The notes under the pieces were generated by a model that made no database searches, had not been told where the DNA came from, and saw only the letters and a program-made list of their open reading frames with translations. From contig CAYSCM010000001.1 of the NCBI GenBank assembly GCA_964429815.1, positions 352,001 through 416,000 on the forward strand: a stretch of 64,000 bases of DNA, written 5' to 3'. Of the stretch, positions 46,692-54,753 are shown one piece after another; position 1 is the stretch's first letter, and each line of letters starts with the position of its first letter. The DNA comes from an uncultured Candidatus Saccharibacteria bacterium. GTDB lineage: Bacteria > Patescibacteriota > Minisyncoccia > Phycocordibacterales > CAYSCM01. A program made the position numbers and the translations under genes.

Positions 46692-47000
46692 ATGGCTACC
46701 TCAATGGTTACGCAAGAATCCCTTGAGACGCGCGCCAGCGACCCGCTGATCGCAGAAGTTGTGGGCGTCTACGAACATCACGTCACGCTGCGCACCCGCA
46801 TCTGCTTCGGAGCGATGTCCGTGCTGGTGCAGTACCCACGCACGGCGTTCACCTGGGGGGAGGGGGAGAGCCCACTCTATTTCAAAGGAGGCGCCGCGCC
46901 CACGTGGGCGCGCATCGATCCCGACCGAGTGGCCTCATTCGTGAATATTCCCCTCGCCGAGGAGGACACCATCAAGTTTCTCCTGGCGAAAAAGTCCTAG
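46692..47000 (+). CDS. hypothetical protein
   Basis: 102 aa; aggagagaaag SD before ATG; own terminator immediately after. Confidence 0.5.
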   Translation: MATSMVTQESLETRASDPLIAEVVGVYEHHVTLRTRICFGAMSVLVQYPRTAFTWGEGESPLYFKGGAAPTWARIDPDRVASFVNIPLAEEDTIKFLLAKKS

Positions 47001-47004
47001 AATC

Positions 47005-47030
47005 GGGCCGCCCGCAGGGGCGGCCCTTTT
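47005..47030 (+). terminator. rho-independent terminator
   Basis: gggccgcccgcaggggcggccc + tttt. Confidence 0.75.
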
Positions 47031-48192
47031 ATATGAGCGAAAGGTTTCCTTCAGCGATAAAGTCTGCAGCGTTGGAAGCACCAAATTTCTTAAGCCGAAA
47101 GTATCCCGCCGCGGCTATCATGACCGCGTTATCAGTCGTGAGTTCCCGCGCGGGAATAAAAAGTTTTGCTCCCGGGAAATCTTGTGTGATCATCGCCTCA
47201 ATTTCTTTCCGAATGTTGTTGTTAGCAGACACGCCACCGCCCACAACAAGTGTTTTCGCGCCGCGCTCGTTCATCGCTCGGCGCGTCTTGCCGACGAGCA
47301 CGTCGGTCACGGCGTCCTCGAACTCTCTTGCGAAGGTTTCTTTCGTTTGGTCGGAAATCTCAGACAGCTCGCGGAGTGCATAGAGCGCGGCAGTTTTAAG
47401 CCCTGAGAACGAAAAATCGCAATTATTTGCCGAAAGCATGGGGCGGGGAAGCTGTATTGTGCCGCGGGCGTTTTTTGCACGGGCGGATTCAGCGAGTTTC
47501 GAGATCTGCGGCCCGCCGGGGTAGGGAAGCCCGAGCATGCGGGCGACTTTGTCGAACGCTTCCCCCACCGCATCATCGAGTGTCGAGCCGACAAGCTCAT
47601 AGGTGAGCCAGGCTTTCATAAGGACGAGCTCGGTGTGCCCGCCGGAAATGAGGAGCGCGAGTGCGGGGAATTCTATGTTCCCTATTTTGCCTTCTCGAAT
47701 GAGCGACGAGATGACGTGACCTTCCATGTGATTGATGGGGACGGTAGGGAGGCCCCATGCGAGCGCAAGCGCTTTTGCGAAATTGATGCCTACCCACAGC
47801 GCCGGCTCGAGCCCGGGGCCCGATGTCACGGCAATGGCATCAAGCGGCGGCTTCTCGTACGATTCGAAAAAGCCTACGAGAAATCGCGCCAAGTCATGCT
47901 CGCGTTCAAGAAGCTTTTCGATAGTCGCGCGAGCGTCATCGGATAGTTTTGAAGCACTGACATCGAGCATTCCCGCCTCCTCAAGAGCCTTGGTGAGGAT
48001 GGGGATGAGGTTTTTAGCATGTTCGCGCTTGGCGAGTGCAGGGAACACACCGCCGTATTCCCTATGTATCTCGACTTGCGAAAGGACGGCATTTCCAAGC
48101 ACGGTAAAACGGGCGTTTCCGATTTCGCCCTCCGCGTCGACTATGCTCACCGCGGTCTCATCGCAGGAGGTTTCTATGGCGAGGATTTTCAT
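47029..48192 (-). CDS. tsaD: tRNA N6-adenosine threonylcarbamoyltransferase TsaD (Kae1/Gcp family)
   Basis: MKILAIETSCDETAVSIV start, HMEGH and GGVSAN motifs; start 48192 chosen because it gives the ATGA overlap with the upstream NUDIX gene (ORF track allows 48228). Confidence 0.88.
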   Translation of the reverse strand: MKILAIETSCDETAVSIVDAEGEIGNARFTVLGNAVLSQVEIHREYGGVFPALAKREHAKNLIPILTKALEEAGMLDVSASKLSDDARATIEKLLEREHDLARFLVGFFESYEKPPLDAIAVTSGPGLEPALWVGINFAKALALAWGLPTVPINHMEGHVISSLIREGKIGNIEFPALALLISGGHTELVLMKAWLTYELVGSTLDDAVGEAFDKVARMLGLPYPGGPQISKLAESARAKNARGTIQLPRPMLSANNCDFSFSGLKTAALYALRELSEISDQTKETFAREFEDAVTDVLVGKTRRAMNERGAKTLVVGGGVSANNNIRKEIEAMITQDFPGAKLFIPARELTTDNAVMIAAAGYFRLKKFGASNAADFIAEGNLSLI

Positions 48193-48620
48193 AATGCTTC
48201 GTTGGAGATCTTCTTTTGCAACCAACAATCAATAACCCGTTTGCTTGAGGTAAACATTGGGGAGGGGAGATTCTTCGGGTCGACCCATTTCCAGTTCCTG
48301 CTTTTTTCCGGTTCAGCATCATATGGTTCGCCTTTTTCTGACTCAGCGAGAATTCCAATGGTGACGTAGTGCTTGTTTTTCGCAGGGTAAAAAATAATAT
48401 CGTTGTTGACGCAAATAATCCCTTTTATTCGAATATCTTTGAGTCCGGTTTCTTCTTGAACCTCCTGCCGAGCGCAATCGGCAAAGGATTGTTCAAATTC
48501 TAAATGGCCTCCAGGTATTTGGAATGTTCCTGCTCCGCCGGACTTAGATAGGCGCTCCCCAATGAGGATGGTATTGCCTCGAGTTATCAAAATTCCGATG
48601 CCGATGTATGGTCGATCCAT
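48189..48620 (-). CDS. NUDIX hydrolase
   Basis: Nudix box GGHLEFEQSFADCARQEVQEETGL. Confidence 0.82.
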   Translation of the reverse strand: MDRPYIGIGILITRGNTILIGERLSKSGGAGTFQIPGGHLEFEQSFADCARQEVQEETGLKDIRIKGIICVNNDIIFYPAKNKHYVTIGILAESEKGEPYDAEPEKSRNWKWVDPKNLPSPMFTSSKRVIDCWLQKKISNEAL

Positions 48621-48621
48621 G

Positions 48622-48640
48622 GTGCGCGGTAAGGGACTCG
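48622..48640 (-). repeat. direct repeat copy (tRNA-Val 3' end, gtgcgcggtaagggactcg on + strand)
   Basis: 19-bp identical copy of the tRNA-Val acceptor 3' side/discriminator region, 198 bp downstream (tRNA sense) of the tRNA and 1 nt from the NUDIX start codon. Confidence 0.9.
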
Positions 48641-48819
48641 GTCACGAATAATCTACTCGTCGTCGCTCGCAGATTTTCGCGACCCCGGCTCGGTATCAAA
48701 AGCTGCTGCTTTTGATATACCTGCGCCCTTCGAGTCCCTTATGGAAGCGACACTGGTCGCTTCCTCCCGCGCAACAACGAAATTAAAAAACGATGGCAGA
48801 AGCCATATTTTTTAATTTA

Positions 48820-48838
48820 GTGCGCGGTAAGGGACTCG
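48820..48838 (-). repeat. direct repeat copy within the tRNA-Val 3' end
   Basis: Same 19-mer inside the tRNA-Val gene. Confidence 0.9.
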
Positions 48839-48893
48839 AACCCCTGGCCCTTCCCACGTCAAGGGAATGCTCTACCAACTGAGCTAACCGCGC
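48821..48893 (-). tRNA. tRNA-Val (anticodon GAC)
   Basis: RC fold: acceptor GCGCGGT/ACCGCGC, D-arm gctc-agttggta-gagc, anticodon stem ttccc/gggaa loop ttGACgt, T-arm agggg-ttcgagt-ccctt, discriminator A; followed (minus sense) by a hairpin + U-run terminator 48781-48818. Confidence 0.85.
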
Positions 48894-48952
48894 ATGAGAG
48901 ACTTCGGCATTCTAGCAAAAAGTTGCCGTTTTACCACCGCTAGGGTCGCACG

Positions 48953-49171
48953 CTACGATCGCTTTTTGGCAAAAAAAAGCAGATACAAAATTTCCAGAAC
49001 ACCGATGGAATTAACGAGGAGAAGGGCAACGAACCACACCGGTTGATTGTTGCGGCCGGCTCTCCAGAGCGCGAGCCCCTTCCAGACGATGGCCCAGAGG
49101 ATGAGGGCAACAAAAGCGATCATGTGCGTGAGAACCCAGCCGACGAAAAGCCCGAATGATGCGTAAGTCAT
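48953..49171 (-). CDS. DUF5652-like small membrane protein
   Basis: 72 aa, two TM, WKGLALWRAGRNNQPVWFVALLLVNSIGVLEILYLLFF motif. Confidence 0.6.
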   Translation of the reverse strand: MTYASFGLFVGWVLTHMIAFVALILWAIVWKGLALWRAGRNNQPVWFVALLLVNSIGVLEILYLLFFAKKRS

Positions 49172-49194
49172 AGAGATAGTGTAGCAGATTTCGG

Positions 49195-49267
49195 CGACCC
49201 TACCGGGATTCGAACCCGGGTTACCGCCGTGAGAGGGCGGTGTCCTAGACCACTAGACGATAGGGCC
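49195..49267 (-). tRNA. tRNA-Glu (anticodon CTC)
   Basis: RC fold: acceptor GGCCCTA/TAGGGTC (one G-U), D-arm gtct-agtggtcta-ggac, anticodon stem ccgcc/ggcgg loop ctCTCac, T-arm ccggg-ttcgaat-cccgg. Confidence 0.8.
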
Positions 49268-49575
49268 TCGCTTCGCTCGGCCATGCCGCCGTCGCTCGTT
49301 CGGAAATGAAGGTGCACTTTCATTTCCCTCACTTCGCTAGACGATGGGGCCAAACACGGCGATTCTAGCATTTTCTCCTCCAAATGCTAGGATGACGTGC
49401 GTAGTTTATCAAACGGAGAGGTGGCTGAGTGGAGAAATCGCGAATAGCTTCGCGATTTCTCCGATCCGCGAAGCGGACGTGCCGATGTGAGCGAGCCTAC
49501 CGGCGAGCGAGAAGGCACGAGGTGGACGAACTTGTTCGACCCTCAGCTTCCATTTAGTATGGGCGAAGCCCATAT

Positions 49576-49662
49576 GGAGAGGTGGCTGAGTGGTCGAAAG
49601 CGGCGCCGTGCTAAGGCGTTAGGGGCGAAAGTCTCTCGTGGGTTCGAATCCCACCCTCTCCG
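49576..49662 (+). tRNA. tRNA-Ser (anticodon GCT)
   Basis: Acceptor GGAGAGG/CCTCTCC, D-loop GG, anticodon stem gcgcc/ggcgt loop gtGCTaa, long variable arm, T-arm gtggg-ttcgaat-cccac, discriminator G. Confidence 0.9.
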
Positions 49663-49664
49663 CA
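49645..49664 (+). repeat. attL-like repeat (3' end of tRNA-Ser GCT)
   Basis: cgaatcccaccctctccgca. Confidence 0.8.
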
Positions 49665-49715
49665 AATGTTGCCTATAGGGACAGAACAATCTCGATTTCC
49701 TGTTATACTTTCGTT

Positions 49716-50441
49716 ATGGCGAACCTTGAAGGAGGACCCAATTCGAACGTCGAAAAAGAAAAGAAAATCCGAGAAGCAGAACAAGAGCTTGATTCAATCG
49801 ATCTGAATCCGGACAAACTTCGCCCTCTCTCGCCTGATGAGATCCACAGTCTTCATAGTAACCTCGCCGATCTTCTCTACTCAGCAGAAACAACTAGAAC
49901 GTTAGCTGACTTACCGGACTCTCCCGAAATTCGAGGGATCAGTGGGGAAGAACAAACCCGAATTGCGATTCAGAAACTCCATGAACGCGGTCAAGAGCTT
50001 CTTAAGAAGACCATTGACGACGAACGACTCCGTGCCGACCTGACTGAAAAAATTAGAGAGTATCATCGCTCAAACTGGCGTGAGGCTTTTGCGAATGAAA
50101 TCACCCAAGGACGAACGCCTTTCGGCGATGCGAGTAACTCGATTATTGAATTTTACCGAACCAAGGGGATCAATATTGAGAATCCGACGGAAGAGGACAT
50201 TGATAAGTATTTTGAGCGAAAAGAATACGACGCTGCAGCATTTGGCCTTGAATTTAAACGCCGACGTCGAAAACAGTTTGCGGATATGGATAACCAGAAG
50301 TTTTCCGATTTTCAAAGTTTATTTTGGCGGATGTTTAGGGTGCCTGATGGGCATGGATGGTTCACAACCCTTATGAACGGCAAGGCGTTTGTGCAGAAGC
50401 TCGACGAAATCAACGAAGCTCTGAAGCATAAAACTCCATAG
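49716..50441 (+). CDS. hypothetical protein (island cargo)
   Basis: 241 aa from MANLEGG (ORF-track N-terminus overlaps the tRNA and was trimmed); acidic, helical, low GC. Confidence 0.5.
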   Translation: MANLEGGPNSNVEKEKKIREAEQELDSIDLNPDKLRPLSPDEIHSLHSNLADLLYSAETTRTLADLPDSPEIRGISGEEQTRIAIQKLHERGQELLKKTIDDERLRADLTEKIREYHRSNWREAFANEITQGRTPFGDASNSIIEFYRTKGINIENPTEEDIDKYFERKEYDAAAFGLEFKRRRRKQFADMDNQKFSDFQSLFWRMFRVPDGHGWFTTLMNGKAFVQKLDEINEALKHKTP

Positions 50442-50773
50442 GGGCATAGGAGACTGTGTTTATTTATGCCAACACGATACCACTTTTTCTTTTTCTAGCC
50501 TGTATGGCCGATTTCCACGCCATGCAAAAGACAGATCTCTTTGATACACTCTAATCGCTCCATGAAGATTGGATCGCGTAGCTGTATCCGGGTTCGAACA
50601 TCGTTCAGGCCTGCCCGCTCGGACCGGTAAATGTCCAGATAGGTCAATTTTGAAAAAGAGCCTTATGAAATGGGCCTCTTTTTCGTCTCCCAAATTCGCC
50701 AAAAAGGTTCGAATCCTAACCAGTCTCTGCTTCCTCACCTTGGTGATGTATATTTAGGCCATCATTTTAATCT

Positions 50774-51427
50774 ATGGTGCCAACCGAGATTATCCTGGCT
50801 AGTGTAAGTTCTCCTTTTGAAATTGGCGCACAAATCGCCGAGATTATTATTGCGGCAGGGACAATTGTGGGGCTCGGGTTTTCGATATGGTTTTCGCGAA
50901 GAACTCTGCAACGATCGGATTGGAATTCAATAATGACTACCGCTCCCAGCATTGCGATCGAGTGTCGTAGTGATGGATTTTGGTTGAATGATAGGCCAAC
51001 TGCCGGAGGTTCTTGGGGAGAGCCCACACGCCATCTCGAACCTTCAGGAAAGTACGTCACCTTCGCGTTGAGATTTAGAATCTCAAATCAGGGGAGGGGT
51101 CTAGCACTTGCTATTAAGCCCGAAGTTTCTTGTAAGGCGAAAGCTTGGGTGGGAGGGATTCAGAATTTCCCTGTTTGGATGGGCACCGACAATGAGGACA
51201 AATCAGATCTTGCTGTTGACATACAGGAAGAGGACTTCAAATGGCTCGAACTGATGAAAAATCCTTTGCATTTGGCGCTGAGCATTAGCTACAAAAATGA
51301 CCAGGGCAACATTGCTTGCACCTCTAGGTGGTCGGCTAACCTGCAACCGTTTACAGTTAATGGAACTCGTCTTGAAATATGCCGGGACCGAATCCAAGAG
51401 CCTAGTATGCAAATTACTTATAGTTGA
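50774..51427 (+). CDS. hypothetical membrane-anchored protein (island cargo)
   Basis: 217 aa with N-terminal TM, low GC. Confidence 0.5.
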   Translation: MVPTEIILASVSSPFEIGAQIAEIIIAAGTIVGLGFSIWFSRRTLQRSDWNSIMTTAPSIAIECRSDGFWLNDRPTAGGSWGEPTRHLEPSGKYVTFALRFRISNQGRGLALAIKPEVSCKAKAWVGGIQNFPVWMGTDNEDKSDLAVDIQEEDFKWLELMKNPLHLALSISYKNDQGNIACTSRWSANLQPFTVNGTRLEICRDRIQEPSMQITYS

Positions 51428-52107
51428 CTCGAAAAACTGTGAAATTCGAACTCAAAAAAATCAGAAGAAACACCCCAGATGACGAACTTCTTAGTGATCT
51501 GAAAACTACAGCAACAAAGTTAGGACAGCAATTTGTCACGAGGGCTCAGCAGGACCAATTTGGAAAATTTGATAGCTCGAACATGTCGAGGCGACTAGGG
51601 GGATGGGCAAAAGCTCATGAGCGTGCTGGTCTTAGGCTTGCACGTCATCAAAAGAGTCTGAAAGCTTCAGAAAACGAACTATTGCAAAATTTGGAAGAGG
51701 TTTGGACAAGGCTAGGACGACAACCGAATAGTCAGGATATGTTTGCTCCTATCTCACGCTTTGGCGTGAGTGCGTATAAACGCCACTTCGGCAGTTGGAT
51801 GAAAGCTCTCGAGAAGTTTGTTTCGATCGCAAATTTTGAGGGTGCTTTGACAAATGGATCGGATGAGGAGACTGTTGTTTCTGGGTCAAAGCGTAGGACA
51901 AAGCGAGAAGTCAATTGGAAGACGCGCTTTCTTGTAATGCGTCGGGATAATTTCAAATGCAAAAGTTGTGGACGGTCACCGGCTACGGACGCTGGAACTA
52001 TTCTCAATGTGGATCACATAAAGGCCTGGGCGAATGGGGGTGAAACTGTCCTAGACAATCTACAGACCCTATGTGCGGTCTGTAATCTGGGCAAAAGCAA
52101 TCTATAA
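51424..52107 (+). CDS. HNH endonuclease with N-terminal tandem helix-turn-helix-like repeats
   Basis: C-terminal HNH motif VMRRDNFKCKSCGRS...VDHIKAWANGGETVLDNLQTLCAVCN; two N-terminal repeats (...RRLGGWAKAHERAGL / ...KRHFGSWMKALEKF); 4-nt overlap with the upstream gene. Confidence 0.72.
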   Translation: MTRKTVKFELKKIRRNTPDDELLSDLKTTATKLGQQFVTRAQQDQFGKFDSSNMSRRLGGWAKAHERAGLRLARHQKSLKASENELLQNLEEVWTRLGRQPNSQDMFAPISRFGVSAYKRHFGSWMKALEKFVSIANFEGALTNGSDEETVVSGSKRRTKREVNWKTRFLVMRRDNFKCKSCGRSPATDAGTILNVDHIKAWANGGETVLDNLQTLCAVCNLGKSNL

Positions 52108-52247
52108 GGCATCCGGCGGCAACCCCATTCCTTCCTGTTTCAATATCCAGCGGATTTCCTCGCTCAATAATCACTCCTAGACAATCACACACGTTTTGGT
52201 TGTATGTGCTCAGAAGTACATTTGGCCATGCAAGGGAGTGTCTGCTA

Positions 52248-52517
52248 ATGAGCATGAAACCTACCCGCATAACTTTTGAAAATCCAAAATACGGCAAGGT
52301 TGAGTGGACTTTGCCCGAACACGTTGAAACAGCGCTCGCCGCCAATGCTTCATCAAGTGCTGAGATGGAGGAGGCGGTGAAATTCTTAGCACGAACAACA
52401 GCCAAAGTGTTCGGCACGATTGTCTATTGCTTCACTCTAGGCAAATTGCCTGACCTCGACGCTTTCCTTGGTCAATTCGCGGAAAAAGGCGAAGCGAAGC
52501 CACCACCCTCTCACTGA
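52248..52517 (+). CDS. hypothetical protein (island cargo)
   Basis: ~89 aa from MSMKPTRITF. Confidence 0.3.
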   Translation: MSMKPTRITFENPKYGKVEWTLPEHVETALAANASSSAEMEEAVKFLARTTAKVFGTIVYCFTLGKLPDLDAFLGQFAEKGEAKPPPSH

Positions 52518-52555
52518 GACTTTCAGGACGTACCCTAGCGGTACGTCCCTTCTTT

Positions 52556-52732
52556 TTAGTCAGACAGCTCCTTACCGTCTCGTCGGATTTCTTCCCGCAC
52601 CCACTCTCGAAGCCTCGCCTTTCTAACGGCTTCCTTTTCCAGTTTTCGCATCTCCTTCTCACTCTTGTCCGGCCAGTCAATTTTCACACCCTGGCGAGCG
52701 CAAACACGTTTGATAAGATGAAAGCGCTCCAT
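52556..52732 (-). CDS. hypothetical small basic protein (island cargo), start inside internal repeat B
   Basis: MERFHLIKRVCARQGVKIDWPDKSEKEMRKLEKEAVRKARLREWVREEIRRDGKELSD; a truncated homolog (MERLECIKEICLLHGVEIGHTG) starts at 50563 (-) inside repeat A. Confidence 0.35.
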   Translation of the reverse strand: MERFHLIKRVCARQGVKIDWPDKSEKEMRKLEKEAVRKARLREWVREEIRRDGKELSD

Positions 52733-52947
52733 GAACGATGGCTCGCGTAGCCATAGCCGGGTTCGAACGTCGTTCAGGCCTGCCCGCAACGGTTTGTAAG
52801 AATGCTCCGGTGGAGCATTCACGCAAAGCGTCGGATTTGTCGTGAGGTGGGATTCGAAAGGCGGAGCCCGACAAACGCAAAGCGTTTGTTTCGGGCGAGC
52901 CCGGGCAGGAGCCACTTTCCGCCGGAGGCGGATTAGTGAGCTGACGC

Positions 52948-52967
52948 CGAATCCCACCCTCTCCGCA
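52948..52967 (+). repeat. attR-like repeat (copy of tRNA-Ser GCT 3' end)
   Basis: Identical cgaatcccaccctctccgca 3.3 kb downstream. Confidence 0.8.
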
Positions 52968-53025
52968 GAAAGAAACTTCCGATTCGGACAGACCCGAGTA
53001 CTTCGGGAGTTAGTATAATGAATGT

Positions 53026-53331
53026 ATGAGGAGATATGTTTCCGGTGGCGTTGCGCATAAGCTACCGGCAGATTTACGGAGGGCTCTATCGTCTGATTCT
53101 AAAGCTCTGGCGGCTTGGGAAGATGTTACGCCACTTTCCCGCAACGAGTGGATTTGTTGGACTGTCTCCGTTAAAACTCCCAAGAAGAGGAGGGAGCATG
53201 TCGACAGGGTCATATCGGAACTAAAGGAAGGGATGCGACGCCCTTGCTGTTGGTACGGCTGCGTTCACCGGAAGGATAAGCCGCTAAACCCTTCGCAGAA
53301 GCTTGTACTCAGTAGAAAAGCGAGAAAATGA
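53026..53331 (+). CDS. YdeI/OmpD-associated family protein
   Basis: 101 aa; LSRNEWICWTVSVKTPKKRREHVDRVISELKEGMR pattern. Confidence 0.65.
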   Translation: MRRYVSGGVAHKLPADLRRALSSDSKALAAWEDVTPLSRNEWICWTVSVKTPKKRREHVDRVISELKEGMRRPCCWYGCVHRKDKPLNPSQKLVLSRKARK

Positions 53332-53630
53332 GACGCGTCCACAAGAAACGCTGGATTGTCTTATTTGTCTTATTTCCAAAAATTACCCCAGCGACCCGAG
53401 AGCCTCAACAAATTGCCTTCGAAAGCGCTAGAATATCCTTATGGGGATTGACTGAGGTTCTCTGAATCCCGAGTGGTCCGCCCCCAGATTGGCAGCCTAG
53501 AATCGCGGGAAAATGAGGAGATTTTTGGTAAAATAAAGACAGGTTTTCGAAGCATAGCGGTCTTGCCTTATTTTATTCACAAAATTCACAGAAGATTTCC
53601 CCGGCTGCAGTGCCATAATTTACCCATATC

Positions 53631-54704
53631 ATGAATCGACGCGTCTTTTTTGCAGTCTTGATTATTACCGTCGGATTTATCGTAGTTCTCGCACAGTATT
53701 CAACGGGCTATCACACGAAGTATCACAACAGTCTCGCCGCGTCACTCCTCGCTGCAGTAGGCGTTCAGGATACAGCCTCATCATCGGACAACGGCGCTCC
53801 TACAGCTTCAACGACCCCCACCGTTTTGGACGTCCTCCGACAGCTCCAAGAGCAGCAACAGTATCTGGCGGATCAGGTTGCAAGGTTAGGTGCGCGGATG
53901 GGAGCTGCTGATCTGAGAGCGATGTTCACACGCACCCTCAAGCATGGCGATTCAGGCAGCGATGTGAGCGAATTGCAAACCCTCCTCGCCCGAACCCTGG
54001 GGAGTGCTTCGAGTTCTGTCACAGGATTCTACGGCCCCTTGACGGATAAAGCCGTTCGGCATTTTCAATCCCAGGTAGGAATGAAGGAGACAGGAGTCTT
54101 TGATTCTGGGTTACGGGACAAGCTTTTAGAGTCGATACAGGAGCAAGACGCCCAGGATGCCGTGCTATCGGATGCTGTCCCAATTGACCTATCGTCCATT
54201 GCCGACCTAGAACTTAGCATGCAAGACCTGCAGGGCCGCATAGCTCAACTCTCCTCGCAATTATCGGATACCCAAACGGCGGTCGGAGATTTGACGGGAC
54301 AGATTTCCCAACTCGAATCTCGGGTCTCGAATTTGGAAGAAAGCAACACGGCGGCGGCTTTACAGGCGGCGAGCAGCCCGCCCACCACGAGCCCGCCCGC
54401 CACAGGTTCATCCGTACAAACGCTTTCTATCACGAATGTGCAGGCGACCAACATCAGCAAAAATTCCGCCACGATCACCTGGGTAACCAACAGTTCAGCA
54501 ACCAGTGAAGTCGACTACTCACAAAACTCCAGTATGCCGACAAACCAAACGCAAATCGCAAGCACTAGCGCGCTGGTGACAAGTCATAGCATAACGATTA
54601 CATCGCTCAATGCTGGCTCAACGTACTATTACAACGTCACCTCCAAGGGGAGCACAGGCACCGTTGTGCACAGTAGCAATGCGACATTTCAAACAGCGCA
54701 CTGA
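53631..54704 (+). CDS. secreted protein with peptidoglycan-binding (PG_binding_1-like) domain, coiled coil and C-terminal Ig/FN3-like domain
   Basis: N-terminal TM/signal; HGDSGSDVSELQTLLAR...GFYGPLTDKAVRHFQSQVGMKETGVFD PG-binding motif; heptad region; S/T-rich beta domain. Confidence 0.62.
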   Translation: MNRRVFFAVLIITVGFIVVLAQYSTGYHTKYHNSLAASLLAAVGVQDTASSSDNGAPTASTTPTVLDVLRQLQEQQQYLADQVARLGARMGAADLRAMFTRTLKHGDSGSDVSELQTLLARTLGSASSSVTGFYGPLTDKAVRHFQSQVGMKETGVFDSGLRDKLLESIQEQDAQDAVLSDAVPIDLSSIADLELSMQDLQGRIAQLSSQLSDTQTAVGDLTGQISQLESRVSNLEESNTAAALQAASSPPTTSPPATGSSVQTLSITNVQATNISKNSATITWVTNSSATSEVDYSQNSSMPTNQTQIASTSALVTSHSITITSLNAGSTYYYNVTSKGSTGTVVHSSNATFQTAH

Positions 54705-54753
54705 GCTAGTCTTCGGTCCGGCCCCCTAGCTGGCCGGGAAGCCCCAGGCTCGT

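Larger units (their letters stand above)
49663..52967 (+). mobile_element. integrated genomic islet(s) at tRNA-Ser(GCT): low-GC composite insertion bounded by a 21-bp direct repeat
   Basis: Perfect 21-bp direct repeat cgaatcccaccctctccgca at 49645-49664 (tRNA 3' end) and 52948-52967; degenerate third copy (ggttcgaatcctaaccagtctctgc) at 50706-50730; ~62-bp internal direct repeats at 50557-50618 and 52724-52787; lower GC; cargo includes an HNH endonuclease; no integrase ORF. Confidence 0.65.
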
